A DNA stretch of 64,000 nt from the human T2T-CHM13v2.0 reference genome, Homo sapiens. Position numbers and translations under genes: made by a program. The stretch is from the NCBI RefSeq assembly GCF_009914755.1, contig NC_060928.1. The stretch is one strand, 5' to 3'. Shown piece by piece: positions 28,201 through 40,959 of this stretch; the first letter of the stretch is position 1, and the number at the start of each line of letters is the position of its first letter. The notes below the pieces were generated by a model. The model worked only from the letters and a program-made list of their open reading frames with translations, did no database searches and had not been told where the DNA came from.

Positions 28201-30679
28201 AATTTATTTCACTTTATTAATCATCCTTGAGTTGATTTCATCATTTTTTTAAAATTCTTATCATCTTAGGTTTTTCAGCACAGCTGAACATAATTGCTGA
28301 AATAATTGATGAGTAATGAAGAGTATAGATAAAATAATTCTTAGGTTTATGAAATAACAAAATGTTTAAAGGAATATAAAAACATAGGTTATTAATATGT
28401 TAAAATATATCTTTTTTAAAAATAAAAGCATTGACAAATCCATATAGTAATTAAAAACATAATAAGCTTTATTCTGCTAACTTTTTTCCCTTTGAACTCA
28501 GGAAATCTTTAAGCATAAATAAGAGTCAAAAAATATCAATCTTTATAAAATGCTCAAAAAATAAAGTTTAAAAATGGAAATTGAGTCCAATGATTCCTTA
28601 TGTACATTCAGAGTTAAAGGAATGAAACTAAGAGGTCACAGAGACATATGTATCAGGAGTTGGAGGCAAGATAGCCAACTAGATGCAGCTAGGAGGAACA
28701 TCTAATGGTTCAGAGGGTCATGGGACCACCAAGGGAGCAGGACACCAAGAAGACTGGTGCACTCTAAACAGACCTTAAGAAGGAAGGCATTGAGAGTGAA
28801 CAGAGGAAGGTCACAAATGCTGGGCTGAAGGGTGAGAAAGCTGGGCCCTGCATAGGGTTATACACATGGGGACTTGTTCCTGGCCCCCAGTGACTCCTGG
28901 GGAAGGGATGAGTTGAGGAGGCAAGGAGCAACCTGTTCTCACCACAGGCTTCTGAAATCCTAGAATCATTAAACCCCACGGCCCCCACAGATGCTCAAGA
29001 GCTGGCAGGGATAGCTGCTTTGAGAGGTGGTAGTGGTAGGACTCCAGCCTGTGTGAAGCCCAGAGGGTTTGGTGTGGAAATGTCTGCAGGAGAGCATGGC
29101 CAAGGATGCCCATCCTCCAAGGCTGGCCGGAAGTGTCAGACCTGAACAGAGAAGGGCAATCTTGGATCTTGCTAGTGAAATCGGGCCAGTCCAACCTGAG
29201 TGCCTTTTTGTCTGCTAGCCTCTCCTGGGGCCCCAGCCTGGCCATGACTGCTTGTAGTGCAGCCTCAGATGCCCAGTCAGGGTGCCCCTGGTGAGCCTGC
29301 ATCATAGCTGCTACATTGGCAGATGGTGCCTTACTATCAGAGAGCTCCAGCACAGTGGACCCCACTGACAGGCACCAGCCCACCTAGATCTTCCCTCCAC
29401 CCACCACTTCCTCCTCCATGTCACTTTGTTGGCATATGCTTGCCCATGACCACTCTCACCCATCGCTTTGCTGGCTTGCATATACATAGGCAGAACTTGT
29501 CTCCTCCCCTGCCAGTGTGTGGGTGCCACTGCTACACAGTCATTGCTGACACAAACACATGCATGAACAACAGCAGCATTGCCCCCCTGCTCTGTGCTGC
29601 CACTGCCACTGCCATGAACATCCACAGGGATACAAGTAGCCATACTACCTGTCCTGCACCACCACCACCACTGGCACAAACATGAACAAATTGCCAGCAC
29701 TGTGCCCAGCAGTGCCCATTCCTGCACCAACACTGCTGTGGGGGTGAATGTATACATGGACATCAGTGGCCCTGCCTGCCCCCCAACCATACCATCACTG
29801 CCACCACTGCAAGTGCCTGCTTGAAAGCCAGTAGCTCAGGCCTGCTAGTGTCCTGCGCCAGCTGGGGAGCATGCACCCCCATGCTGCTGCTGCTGCTGGC
29901 ACAAGCCAATGAGCATAGATCCTGCTGCCACTGCCCAATAAAGCAGTTTGACTGGCACCACCCTTTGAAATGCTGTGGCCAGAGGTCCAGGAACACCTTG
30001 GCCCCTCCAGTCCAGTAGGTTTCCAAACTTGAGGGGCCAGAGAATAAAGCCGGGGGCCCCATACCAGCCCCCCAGAGTTAAAACACACAGCCCAGGGAGG
30101 CTATGCTGAGCCTTGGCCCTCCAAAAATCTACTAGAAGTGAAGCTAGTTGACTGAACCCACGCTACATCATAATCAAACCTCCAAGGACATCAATGAAAA
30201 TAAAAGAAAGAAAAGAATTTTCAACCAATAATTTCATATCCAGCCCAACTAAGTGAAGGAAAAATAAGATTCTTCTCAGACAAGCAAATTCTAATGGATA
30301 TTGTTAACACCCAACCTGCCTTACAAGAGATCCTGAAAGGAGTGCTAAACATGGAAAAGAAAGACCATTACTGGCCACTAGAAAAACACACTTAAGCACA
30401 CAGACCAGTGACATTATAAAGCAATCACACAAACAAGTCTGCATATAACCTGCTAACGACATGATGACAGGAACAAATCCACATATATCAATACTAACTT
30501 GAGACTAAACAGGCAAAATGCCTTAATTAAAAGGCACAGAGTGGCAAATTGGATAAAGAAGCAACACCCAACAGCATACTTTCTTCAAAAGACCCATCTT
30601 ACATGCAATGACACCCATAAGTAAAGGGATGAAGAATAATGTACCAAGCAAATGGAAAACAGAAAAAAGCAGAGGCTGC

Positions 30680-31239
30680 TGTGATGGTTAATATTAAGTG
30701 TCAACTTGATTGTATTGAAGGATGCAAAGTATTGTTTCTGGGTGCGTCTGTGAGGATGTTGCCAGAAGAGATTAACATTTAAGTCAGTGGACTGGGAGAG
30801 GAAGATCCATCCTCAGTGTGGGTGGGCACCATCTAATCAGTTGCCAGCACAACTAGAAAAAGCAGGTGGAAGAAGGTGGGAATAAGCTAGTTTGCTGGGT
30901 CTTCCAGTTTTCATCTTTCTCCCATGCTGGATACTTCCTGCCCTTGAACATCAGGCTCCAGGTTCTTCAGCCTTTGGACTCTTGGACTTACAGCAGTGGT
31001 TTGCCATGGGCTTTCGTGCCTTCAGCCACAGACTGAAGGCTGCACTGACACCTTCCCTACTTTTGAAGCTTTGGGACTCAGACTGAGCCACTACTGGCTT
31101 CCTTGCTCCTCAGCTTGCAGACAGCCTATTGTGGGACTTCACCTTGTGATTGTGTGAGTCCATTCTCCTTAATAAACTGCCTTTCACATATACATATATC
31201 CTACTAGTTATGTCACTCTGGAGAACCCTGACTAATACA
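30680..31239 (+). mobile_element. MLT2A2-type (HERV-L) solo LTR nested in L1 ORF2
   Basis: tgtgatggttaatattaagtgtcaacttgattgtattgaaggatgcaaag...aataaactgcc...ggagaaccctgactaataca; ctgc duplicated on both sides. Confidence 0.92.
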
Positions 31240-31337
31240 CTGCTATTCTAATTTCAGACAAAACAGACATTAAACCAACAAAGATAAAAAAGACAAAGAA
31301 GGATATTACATAATGGTAAAGGACTCGATTTAACAAG

Positions 31338-31352
<15 letters not shown>

Positions 31353-31384
<32 letters not shown>
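31353..31384. repeat. (TA)n microsatellite inside L1
   Basis: About 16 TA units. Confidence 0.95.
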
Positions 31385-31386
<2 letters not shown>

Positions 31387-31813
31387 CAAAACAAGAGCAC
31401 CCAGATTCATAAAGCAAGGCCTTAGAAACATAGGAAGAGACTTACATAACCACACAATAATAGTGGGAGACTTCATTTAACACCCCACTGAAAGTACTAG
31501 ATCATTGAGGCAGAAAATTAACAAAGATATTAAGGACCTGAACTCAGAACTGGATCAAATGGACCTGATAGGTCTCTACAGAACTTTTCACCCCAAAACG
31601 ACAGAATATACATTCTTCTCATTACCACATGGCACATATGCTAAAATTGACCAAATAATTGCACATAAAATAATCGTCAGCAAATGCAAAAGAACCGATG
31701 TTATAAGAACCACTCTTTTGGAACATCACACAATAAAATTAGAAATTAAGCCTAAGAAAATTGATCAAAACCATAAGATTTCATGAAAATTAAATTAACC
31801 TGCATATGAATGA

Positions 31814-32116
<303 letters not shown>

Positions 32117-34473
32117 TGACTTTTGGGTAAATAATAAAATTAAAGTCGAAATAAAGAAGTTCTTTGCAACTAATGAGGACAGAGATACAACATGCTAGAA
32201 TCTCTGGGACACAGCTAAGGCAATGCTAAGAGTGAAATTTACGGCATGAAATGCCCACTTCAAAAAGTTAGAAAGATCTCAATTTAACAATCTGAGTGAT
32301 CTGAGTGATATCAAAAATTCCTTGCCCAAAGTCTTTCCTTACCCCACATTTATTGTGATATTATCTGGTATTTCACCATTATCAAGCAGTTTAATTCTTT
32401 AGTTATAAAAATATCTAGAATTCAGATATTTAAAGAGAGATAATTCAATCATGTATTAGTTCGATTTTGTTTTGTTTGGTTCAGATTGTATGTTCCAAAA
32501 AAGAAGCTGAAATTTATACTTTAAGTAAATGGATGTTTTCGTTGGCTGGCAAGCAGAAACATGCCATTTTGAAGGATGGAGCAATGCCATCTGGAGTATG
32601 ATTCTGTGTCCAGAGAGAGGACAGATGAGAGTACTTTGTCCCAGAGAGAATAGGTGTTGGGAAAATGAGTGTTGCTCAAGAAGGAAGGCAGAGTCACTCA
32701 CAGCAAACATTACATTTTTTGTTGCCTCAGAGATTTGGTTTCTCAATGTCTGATACGCCTGACTTACAAAGAATTCTCTGAATTTTGTGTATATATATCA
32801 CAGAGAGGATTCTGAACCCACATCCGCTATATCTTCTTCAGTTGTAACATAAACCTCCATCTCTTTAACAAAATCCAGGGGAACAGAATATTAATGCTTA
32901 CTTTGTTTCCTTTCAATATTCAAAAACAAGAAAAGGAGGAAGGCAAACGGGAGGAAAAAGAGAAGGAAGAGAAAGAGGAGAGGGAGAGGAAAAAGAAAAA
33001 AAGGAGGAAGAGGAGGACGGAAGGAAGAAGACTGAAAAAATATATTTGAAACAAATTTCAGATAACTTCAATGAGAAAATACAGATGTCATTTTGCACTG
33101 TCAGTCAGATATAAATACTGAAATTGTTGCCAGAATCCTGTGGAAATCATAGAGGGCTTGCTTGACAGATTGGGGATGAAGCCAACAGTAGGACTCTGTT
33201 TTCAGGTTTAGTTCACATGATATATTCATCTTGAACAGCAGGGGGTAAATTTTCTAAATAGGTCACTGGGGATCCACACAAATCCCATTAACGGGTAATA
33301 GGATTTGTATGCACAAATTCTCTTGCCCTGAAAACTTAGATTTTGGTGTTTAATTTTCCATATGACCTGCATACTCATTAGTGTACATTAGAAGAAGTTT
33401 CTCTGGCAAATTTCACATAGTTTTCATTTCCTTTTGTTTATTCCTGTCTAAAAAGACATTTTCCAAAGGTTAATCTTTGAAAATGTCTTTAGTATCTGAA
33501 AACATCTAACAGGGGATTATATAGAAGAGAAAATTGTTGAAATACAGTTATTCATGTTTTAGCAGCTTATTGGGAAAAACTCTAAGAGAAAGAAAGAAAC
33601 ATAGATTTTAAAATATCTTTAAACTATCAGAACAAGCAATATTATCCTAATATATTTTTAAATACTCTAATATTTATTTTTTAATACAATCAAGTTAGCA
33701 CAATTTATTTGCCTACAGTGGGTATCCAAGATAATGTTACCAATTTGGATTTTCGTGGGAAAATAAAAGTATGTCTTTGGGTCCAAAGGCCAATTGAAGA
33801 TCATGAGCTTTTCAAGAGATGATGGCCAAGAAAAGGAGCATCAGGTTCTCAGCCAGGCTCTATTTTAGATGAAAAATATAAGATCCTCAATCAAAATTTT
33901 GAAGAATAAACTTGGCAGGCTTCTGTGAGTGTTGTTTTGAATTTTCAGGTTCAGTTGAATCCAAAATCAAAGTAAAATGTAATGGGTTTATCCCTTGAGC
34001 ATGGACCTGTAGAAGGAGTTGGGGGGATTATGTGTGCCTTAGGCTTCTTCACCTTAGTTTCACACAGTTCCATCTGACATCATCATAAATTCTTTAAAAT
34101 TTATGGTAAATTGTGCTTTTTAGTACTAGTACTACTAAATAAAATACAATGTAACTTTTTTAAACAAACATAAGGGGATAATAATAAGGGTAGAGACACT
34201 ACAGGATACACATCTGGTTGGAATTTACTGATTCCATTTCAGCTGCCATTTACTGATTCCTATAACTTGTCAAATGATCTCAAATACATCTTTCTCATTT
34301 AGTACTCATAGTAAACTGAGAAAATAGATATTATCTACGTTTTGGCAAAAAAAGATGTTTGGAAAAGTTACTTAGCCTTCCCAAGCTTACAAGGTTAGTT
34401 GGTGCCTGGCTAGAGTAACCTGCTTCTGCCTAGTTCCAAAGATACCTCTAGATTCATCCAAGAGTGCAATTTA

Positions 34474-34788
<315 letters not shown>

Positions 34789-35215
34789 TTAGTCACTCTT
34801 AACCCATCCGAATATGTATCATGCCAAGTGGTATAATTGCTAATGTGACAGCGAGTTGTAAGTCTCTTTTGTTTTGTTTTGTTTTAGTGGCTACATATTT
34901 GAATAATCGTAAACTGGATTTAAATTACAGATTAGTTCAGTTGTAAGAGATTGTACATGGAGACAATATAAAGTTTTTTTTATTGTTTACCTTAAAATGG
35001 ACTATGTATTTTCTCCACTATTTTTTCAAGTGAATATTTTTTAAACCAAAGCTGAAGAAAGGGAATCTGTAGACTGATTAGGGAAGTGTCTATGTTAATG
35101 TAGAGAGAATAGAGAGACAGATAAATAAAGCAACCAAGAGGAAGGTAGCCTGAAGGGTTTGTTGCTGCCCTCACTCCCATGGCTCCAAAAGAGATGACTG
35201 ATTCTGGAGGCTCAA

Positions 35216-35665
35216 TGTACCAGTTAATTATTGCTATGATAATCCTGCATAACATACACCCCACAAGTTATCAATAGAACACAAAATAAAAATTTTTTAA
35301 CTCATGCATCTGTGGGATATCTTGGGGATGGTTAACCTAGGCTGACACAGCTCTTCTCCATGTCAGTCATCCCCCTTGGACAAGCTGGATATCCAAGGCA
35401 AGTTCCTCTCAAGGCTATGGCAGAGGATTAGGAAAGCAACTTGAAAGTTGCAAAGCCTTCTGAGGCATAGACCCAGAGTTGGCACACCATCATTTCTGCC
35501 ATATTCCATTTGCCAAAGTAAGCCACATGGCCAAACCCAAAGTCAGTGGAAACAAAATATACTATATTCAGATTCTAGAAGAAGGAACTACAGAATCATA
35601 TAGTAAAGAGAAGGCATACCACAACAGGTGAAGCACTGGAGTCAGTAATGCAATATGCTACAGCC
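35216..35665 (-). mobile_element. Old MLT1-type MaLR LTR
   Basis: gttggcacaccatcatttctgccatattccatttgccaaagtaagccacatggccaaacccaaagtcag; boundaries approximate. Confidence 0.7.
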
Positions 35666-35839
35666 AGCATAATCTCCAACTGGAGAAAAAAGACTAAAAA
35701 AATTGTCTGAAGCTAGGCCAGAAAGTTGAATAATTTATTAGCTGAGTGAGTATAGCCTGTGGGGTCTTATAAAACTCAATTGCCAGTGGGTTGAGGAATC
35801 TTTAGGCAATTGCATTCATACAGAGTTTGTAAGACTTAA

Positions 35840-36184
<345 letters not shown>

Positions 36185-37391
36185 TAATTTGTGCTCACCT
36201 TCCATGTTATTGCCTGGGACCCAAATCTAGCTATCTTCTCCCTCTACTTGAGAGACAGATAATAAGAGCTGGAGGGAAGTCAGATGGTGACATTGAACGT
36301 AATCCATGCTTTCATTTGTGTAAGGCTTTGGGATCTTTGGATATATTTGGTAATGAGGCTTCCCAAAGAATTTACTATTTGCAGAAACAGAAAATAATTG
36401 GCTCAAAGTTCCTCCTGGCCTAGGAAGAAATAAACGAACAAACAACCTCTGGTACTAGGTATGTGTGTGGTGTTGAGGGTGGTGTGGTGGCTATTCTTCA
36501 AACCACAAACTATAGAATGAAAGTGGGTGTTCTTGTTTGACTGCTTTTCTGCATCCTATATGGCAAACCTATGCAAATGTCGCATAACCACCTATACACC
36601 ATGGTCCTAGTCAGTGTCTCCCTCTCAGAAATAAGCCAGAAGGAGGCTGACTAGGTGTCTCTGTATTATGCAATATTCATGTCTCCTCTTATTTTTTTTA
36701 GATACAAGTGGCCATGAGATTTCTATGTTGTGCTATTTTGTTTGGCTTTAAAGGGTGTGGACATGAGCTCTTTGAAAACACTGGTGCTGTTGTGAGAATC
36801 GGAGTGCTTTCTAAGATACATACATCAATCTGCGTCTTAAGCTACCACAGATCTAGTGTGCCAGAACTGGTTCTCAGTATCAATTACTTTCATATGTGAT
36901 GTTAGAACTCTGAAAAATGTGTGATTTTTACATTGTCATAGAAAAAAATAGTGGCCCATGTTTCATAATCTTGCAGGTGTTTTCTGTGCTTCTAAGACTT
37001 CTATTTCATTCTTGATGGATATAATTTGAGTTCCCCTGGGAAGTTTCTGGGAGGAATTACTTCCTTATCTCCCCATACGTTATTTTTATAGAGGACCCTT
37101 AGGTATGTATCTATTTGTGCCTAGGGTAAATAAGTATCTCTGAATAATAGGTCATTACATAGTTTGCTTCAGGAATAATAATGTTTTAAAGTTTCAGTTA
37201 TTACAAGATTTTAGGAAAATCCATGGAAACAAATTCAGTAAATGTTATAAGAATAAATTTGCTAAAATTAAAATATTTTTATTAATATAGTATTCTACAT
37301 TTTCTTCGCAAGTGTTTTGTGTGACCTTTCTTTAAAAAATGCACTTTACCATAGAACAATTTAATAGAAATTGTCATAAAATAACAATTCA

Positions 37392-37432
37392 TACCTTCAA
37401 TAAAGGTATTAATATTACCTTTATTGAAGGTA
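37392..37432. repeat. Perfect inverted repeat, 17-bp arms and 7-nt loop
   Basis: taccttcaataaaggta-ttaatat-tacctttattgaaggta. Confidence 0.95.
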
Positions 37433-37554
37433 ACCACTATTAATAATAATCTAATTAATAATTAATTTAATTAATAATGAATAAAACTATTAATAATAAT
37501 TTTGTGGATGCATAAAAAACTAAATTACTTTTCTATGCCTTCTAATAAAAATAA

Positions 37555-37800
37555 TGGCAATCATTTGACCACACTTGATATGTGACAGGCATATTAAGTC
37601 ATCTTGCATTATTTCCTTGACTTCTTGAAACATGTTGGATGTAGATATTTATTATTATTTATACAGTGCAGATGTGTAACTCCTATTTGGAAAGTTTGAG
37701 CGGCTTTCTAAAGTCATATAGGTAATGAAAGAAAGAGTCAGGTTTCAAAACCAGAGTCATCTAACGTCATAGACCATTTTCTTAATCATTATACTGGACA
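37555..37800 (-). mobile_element. MIR remnant
   Basis: tatgtgacaggcat...ctttctaaagtcatataggtaatg...agagtcaggtttcaaaaccagag...cttaatcattatac. Confidence 0.6.
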
Positions 37801-39459
37801 TGAAACTTCAGCGTAATATGAGTGCAGATTTTACTCTTTTAAAGTGTTTTTTTTTTCTATTCTAAAATAAGAAATAGAAAAGTGGGTTGGTACTAAGGGT
37901 AGCCTTCACAAAGTACAGGATAAATAGAACAACATCGTAAATAATAATGGGTGGAGAAAAAGTTTTCTTATTTCCAACTCTTTGACCACTTTCCTATGTG
38001 TTCCAGACTTATAAATGGTGAAGAAGGCAGCATCAACAGTTGGACAAAAGGAACTATGTTGCCAGGATAATGTCATCTCATCAATGTCATGGAAATCTAT
38101 TGCTCATAAAGCATTAGTACTCAGAAAGAATAGCCACACCAAGAGCAAGCTGTCTGATTGGCCAGGGAATTATAATAGCTTTTAATGGGATTAAGAACTC
38201 TACCTAAAACAAAAACAAAACAAAAAAAACACATTATACCAGAGCCAAGGCTGAGCTGTCAGCTTGTGGAGATGGAGCCAACAGTGGAACTATTCATTTG
38301 ACAATGCACATGACAAGATTCAGCTCAGACCATAGGGGGCACATTTTCAAATGAGGCCTCATTGATCCTATTCTGTAGTAATGGGATTTGTGAGCATCAA
38401 GTCTTGTGCATGAAAAATCTACATTTAGGTGACCAATTTTCCATGTGACAGAGCAATTTATTAAATCAGAAACTGAGCAAAATGGTATAACTGTTCTGGC
38501 AACTTTTAGTTCCGTTTTCTCTCATATCTCTGCTTTGTCAAAAAATGATACAGTCATTGAATGATAAACTAAGTGGAATGGTGAACTTACAGTGTATAAA
38601 TAATGTAATGATACAAAGGGAAATTTAAAACTTATAAGACGTTTATGTTTGGTGAAATTCATCTGATTAAAAATAATAATGTAAGTGAAAGAAGTTAGCA
38701 CAGTTCCTGAAACCTAAGACAGACTTCTTAAATGTTTCTTGAATTTGATAGAACAAGCTCATTTTAAAGAGACTTGGTTTTAATTATTAATCTGCTGCTA
38801 TCACACTGCTATCACAATGCTCTCTGGGTAAAATTGTATAATTTTGTTTTTCCTAGTGATGCTGAAACCATGTTATAAAATATGCATGTTGTCGTTATTT
38901 ATTTTGTCTTAGAATTAGTGGCTAAAGACATCTTAATTTTATAACCATGGACTTCTTTATTTCCTTTCCTCCTTTTCTGAATTTGAAGCAAGAGTTTTAT
39001 TCAGAAGCATGTGTTCTATGATGCCATTTTGCTCACATTAAGTTGAATTTTTGCCAGGTGTTATGTTAGATGCAATCACCGCTGGGGATTCTGTGGGTGT
39101 TACTGAAAATTACTTGGACAGAAAAACAATATGTTGGCTTAATACAGGCTGAGAAAGTGGTGATGCAGGGGCACGAGGGAGTACTTCGCAACATGTAGCA
39201 GTGGCTGGAATTCTTTCTGCACCATTTCCAACCAAAACATCTCTACTCAGAGCTTTGTCACTTTACTGACAATACTCAGGTCAAAACTTTGTAGATTAAT
39301 ATCTTAGTGTAGATTTGTTCTCCTAACATAGCACCTACATAACTGAGTAATTTTTAACACTGTTTAAAAAGTGGAGGTTCTCCATTAAAAAAAGAAAATA
39401 AATTTTAAAAATTAAAAAAATTATCGAGAAATACAAAATATTGATAAAAAATTAAAAAG

Positions 39460-39557
39460 AAATAGACGAGTTTTAGCCAATCATGAAAATAGAAGTTTTC
39501 TTTCCTATAAATAGAATAGTTTTAGCCAATCATGAAAATAGAAGTTTTCTTTCCTAT
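39460..39557. repeat. 49-bp tandem duplication containing a CCAAT box
   Basis: aaataga(cg/at)agttttagccaatcatgaaaatagaagttttctttcctat x2. Confidence 0.95.
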
Positions 39558-39836
39558 TCGCTAAGCTATTTTCTTTTATTCCCCTACCACTTGTTCTATG
39601 TCTCCCACTTTTCTCTACATGGCACATAAAGGGACCATCTGTTCTTCAGCTGCCCCATCCACATCAATGACTTTCAAATTCTTTCCTTTAGTCATTCTCT
39701 CTTACCCTCAGTTCTGGTTCCTTAATCCAATCAGTCAAATAGAATTTCCCACTTAGGTTATTTATTTACGTTTTTTTTTTCTATTTTTGTATAATTTTTA
39801 AATTTCAAAGACAAACATATATTCCTCTTATAAGAA

Positions 39837-39945
39837 GAAGTAAACAACCATCCCAATTAGCCTGAAACTGTCTGGTTTTACTAATGAGTCTCAAGCCCCA
39901 AGGAACCCAACAATCCCAGGCAAATCAGGGCAGCGGCTCATCCTA
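39837..39945 (+). mobile_element. MER81-like hAT-Blackjack MITE
   Basis: caaccatcccaattagcctgaaactgtctggtttta...tcccaggcaaatcagggcagcggctcatccta; about 110 bp with degenerate terminal inverted repeats. Confidence 0.65.
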
Positions 39946-40959
39946 GGAAGATAATGATAGTTCTAACTATTCTGGCAGCCAAGGCAAAGATGAAAAATTG
40001 CTGTTTATCATAACTCATTATTATGAGAAATAAAATATACCGGTTCTCCTGTGGAACTTGGGGTGTGAGGGGTGTGTGTGTGTGTGTGTGCACGCGCATG
40101 TGTGTGCGTGTTTGCCAACTTCTAAATTTGAAAAAAAAGTTAGTCGGGGTAAGCATTATTCAAGAGGCACTAAGTAATAAGTAATATGCAGAATTCTTTC
40201 TATTTCTCAAAACAACAACAACAACAACGACAGAAATAGGACCTAAAGGGCTAGTTCTTACATTGATCTGTGGAAACAGAAAGACCTAAACCTGGTAAGA
40301 CAGAGGATAGGTGAAAGTAATTAAGTAAAAGTAATTTTGTGGTCATCTAAAGAGCTGATAAAACTTTCTAGACAGTTGTATGTCTAAAATAATTGAATAA
40401 ATAGGTAATATGTCTCTTTAAGATATCATCCTATAACAATGATTCCTTTCTGCTAGGTATTTAATAGGACCTGGATAGCAGAGGAGAGATTGATCATTTG
40501 ATCAAGGGTCTTATTAAAAGCCTTACTGCTTGGTACAGGTAGAGTATCCCTAATCTGAAAATCAGAAATCCAACATATCCCAAAATCTGAAACTTTTTGA
40601 GTGCCAAAATGACTTCACAAGTGGAAAATTCTACACCTAACCTCATGTGACAGATCACAGTCCAAATTCAGGCACAAAACACACATTTAATTCAGCATCC
40701 CCAAGAAAAAAAAAGATCCTCTCAGCCCCCTTCAGCTGTCATATATCTTTTCCATGCATGCCCAGTTTTCCCCATAGAAGCACACCCACAAAGGGTAATA
40801 AAATGACATTTGTGTAGGCCAGATGCCCCAATGGCAGGTTCCCCATGACACCTCACATGGGGCCAAGACCTACATGCATTACTCACTGTTTTTTGTTTGT
40901 TTTTGTTTTCGGATTACTTTCATCTCTATATTGTAAAGATATTGCTGAAAACATTAAAA

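Noticed and set aside
28811-29383. Longest ORF (190 aa, minus strand) and neighbouring 97-159 aa ORFs
   Set aside because: They lie in the GC-rich L1 5' UTR, where stops are rare. No recognisable domain, and the element appears older than the families known to carry ORF0.
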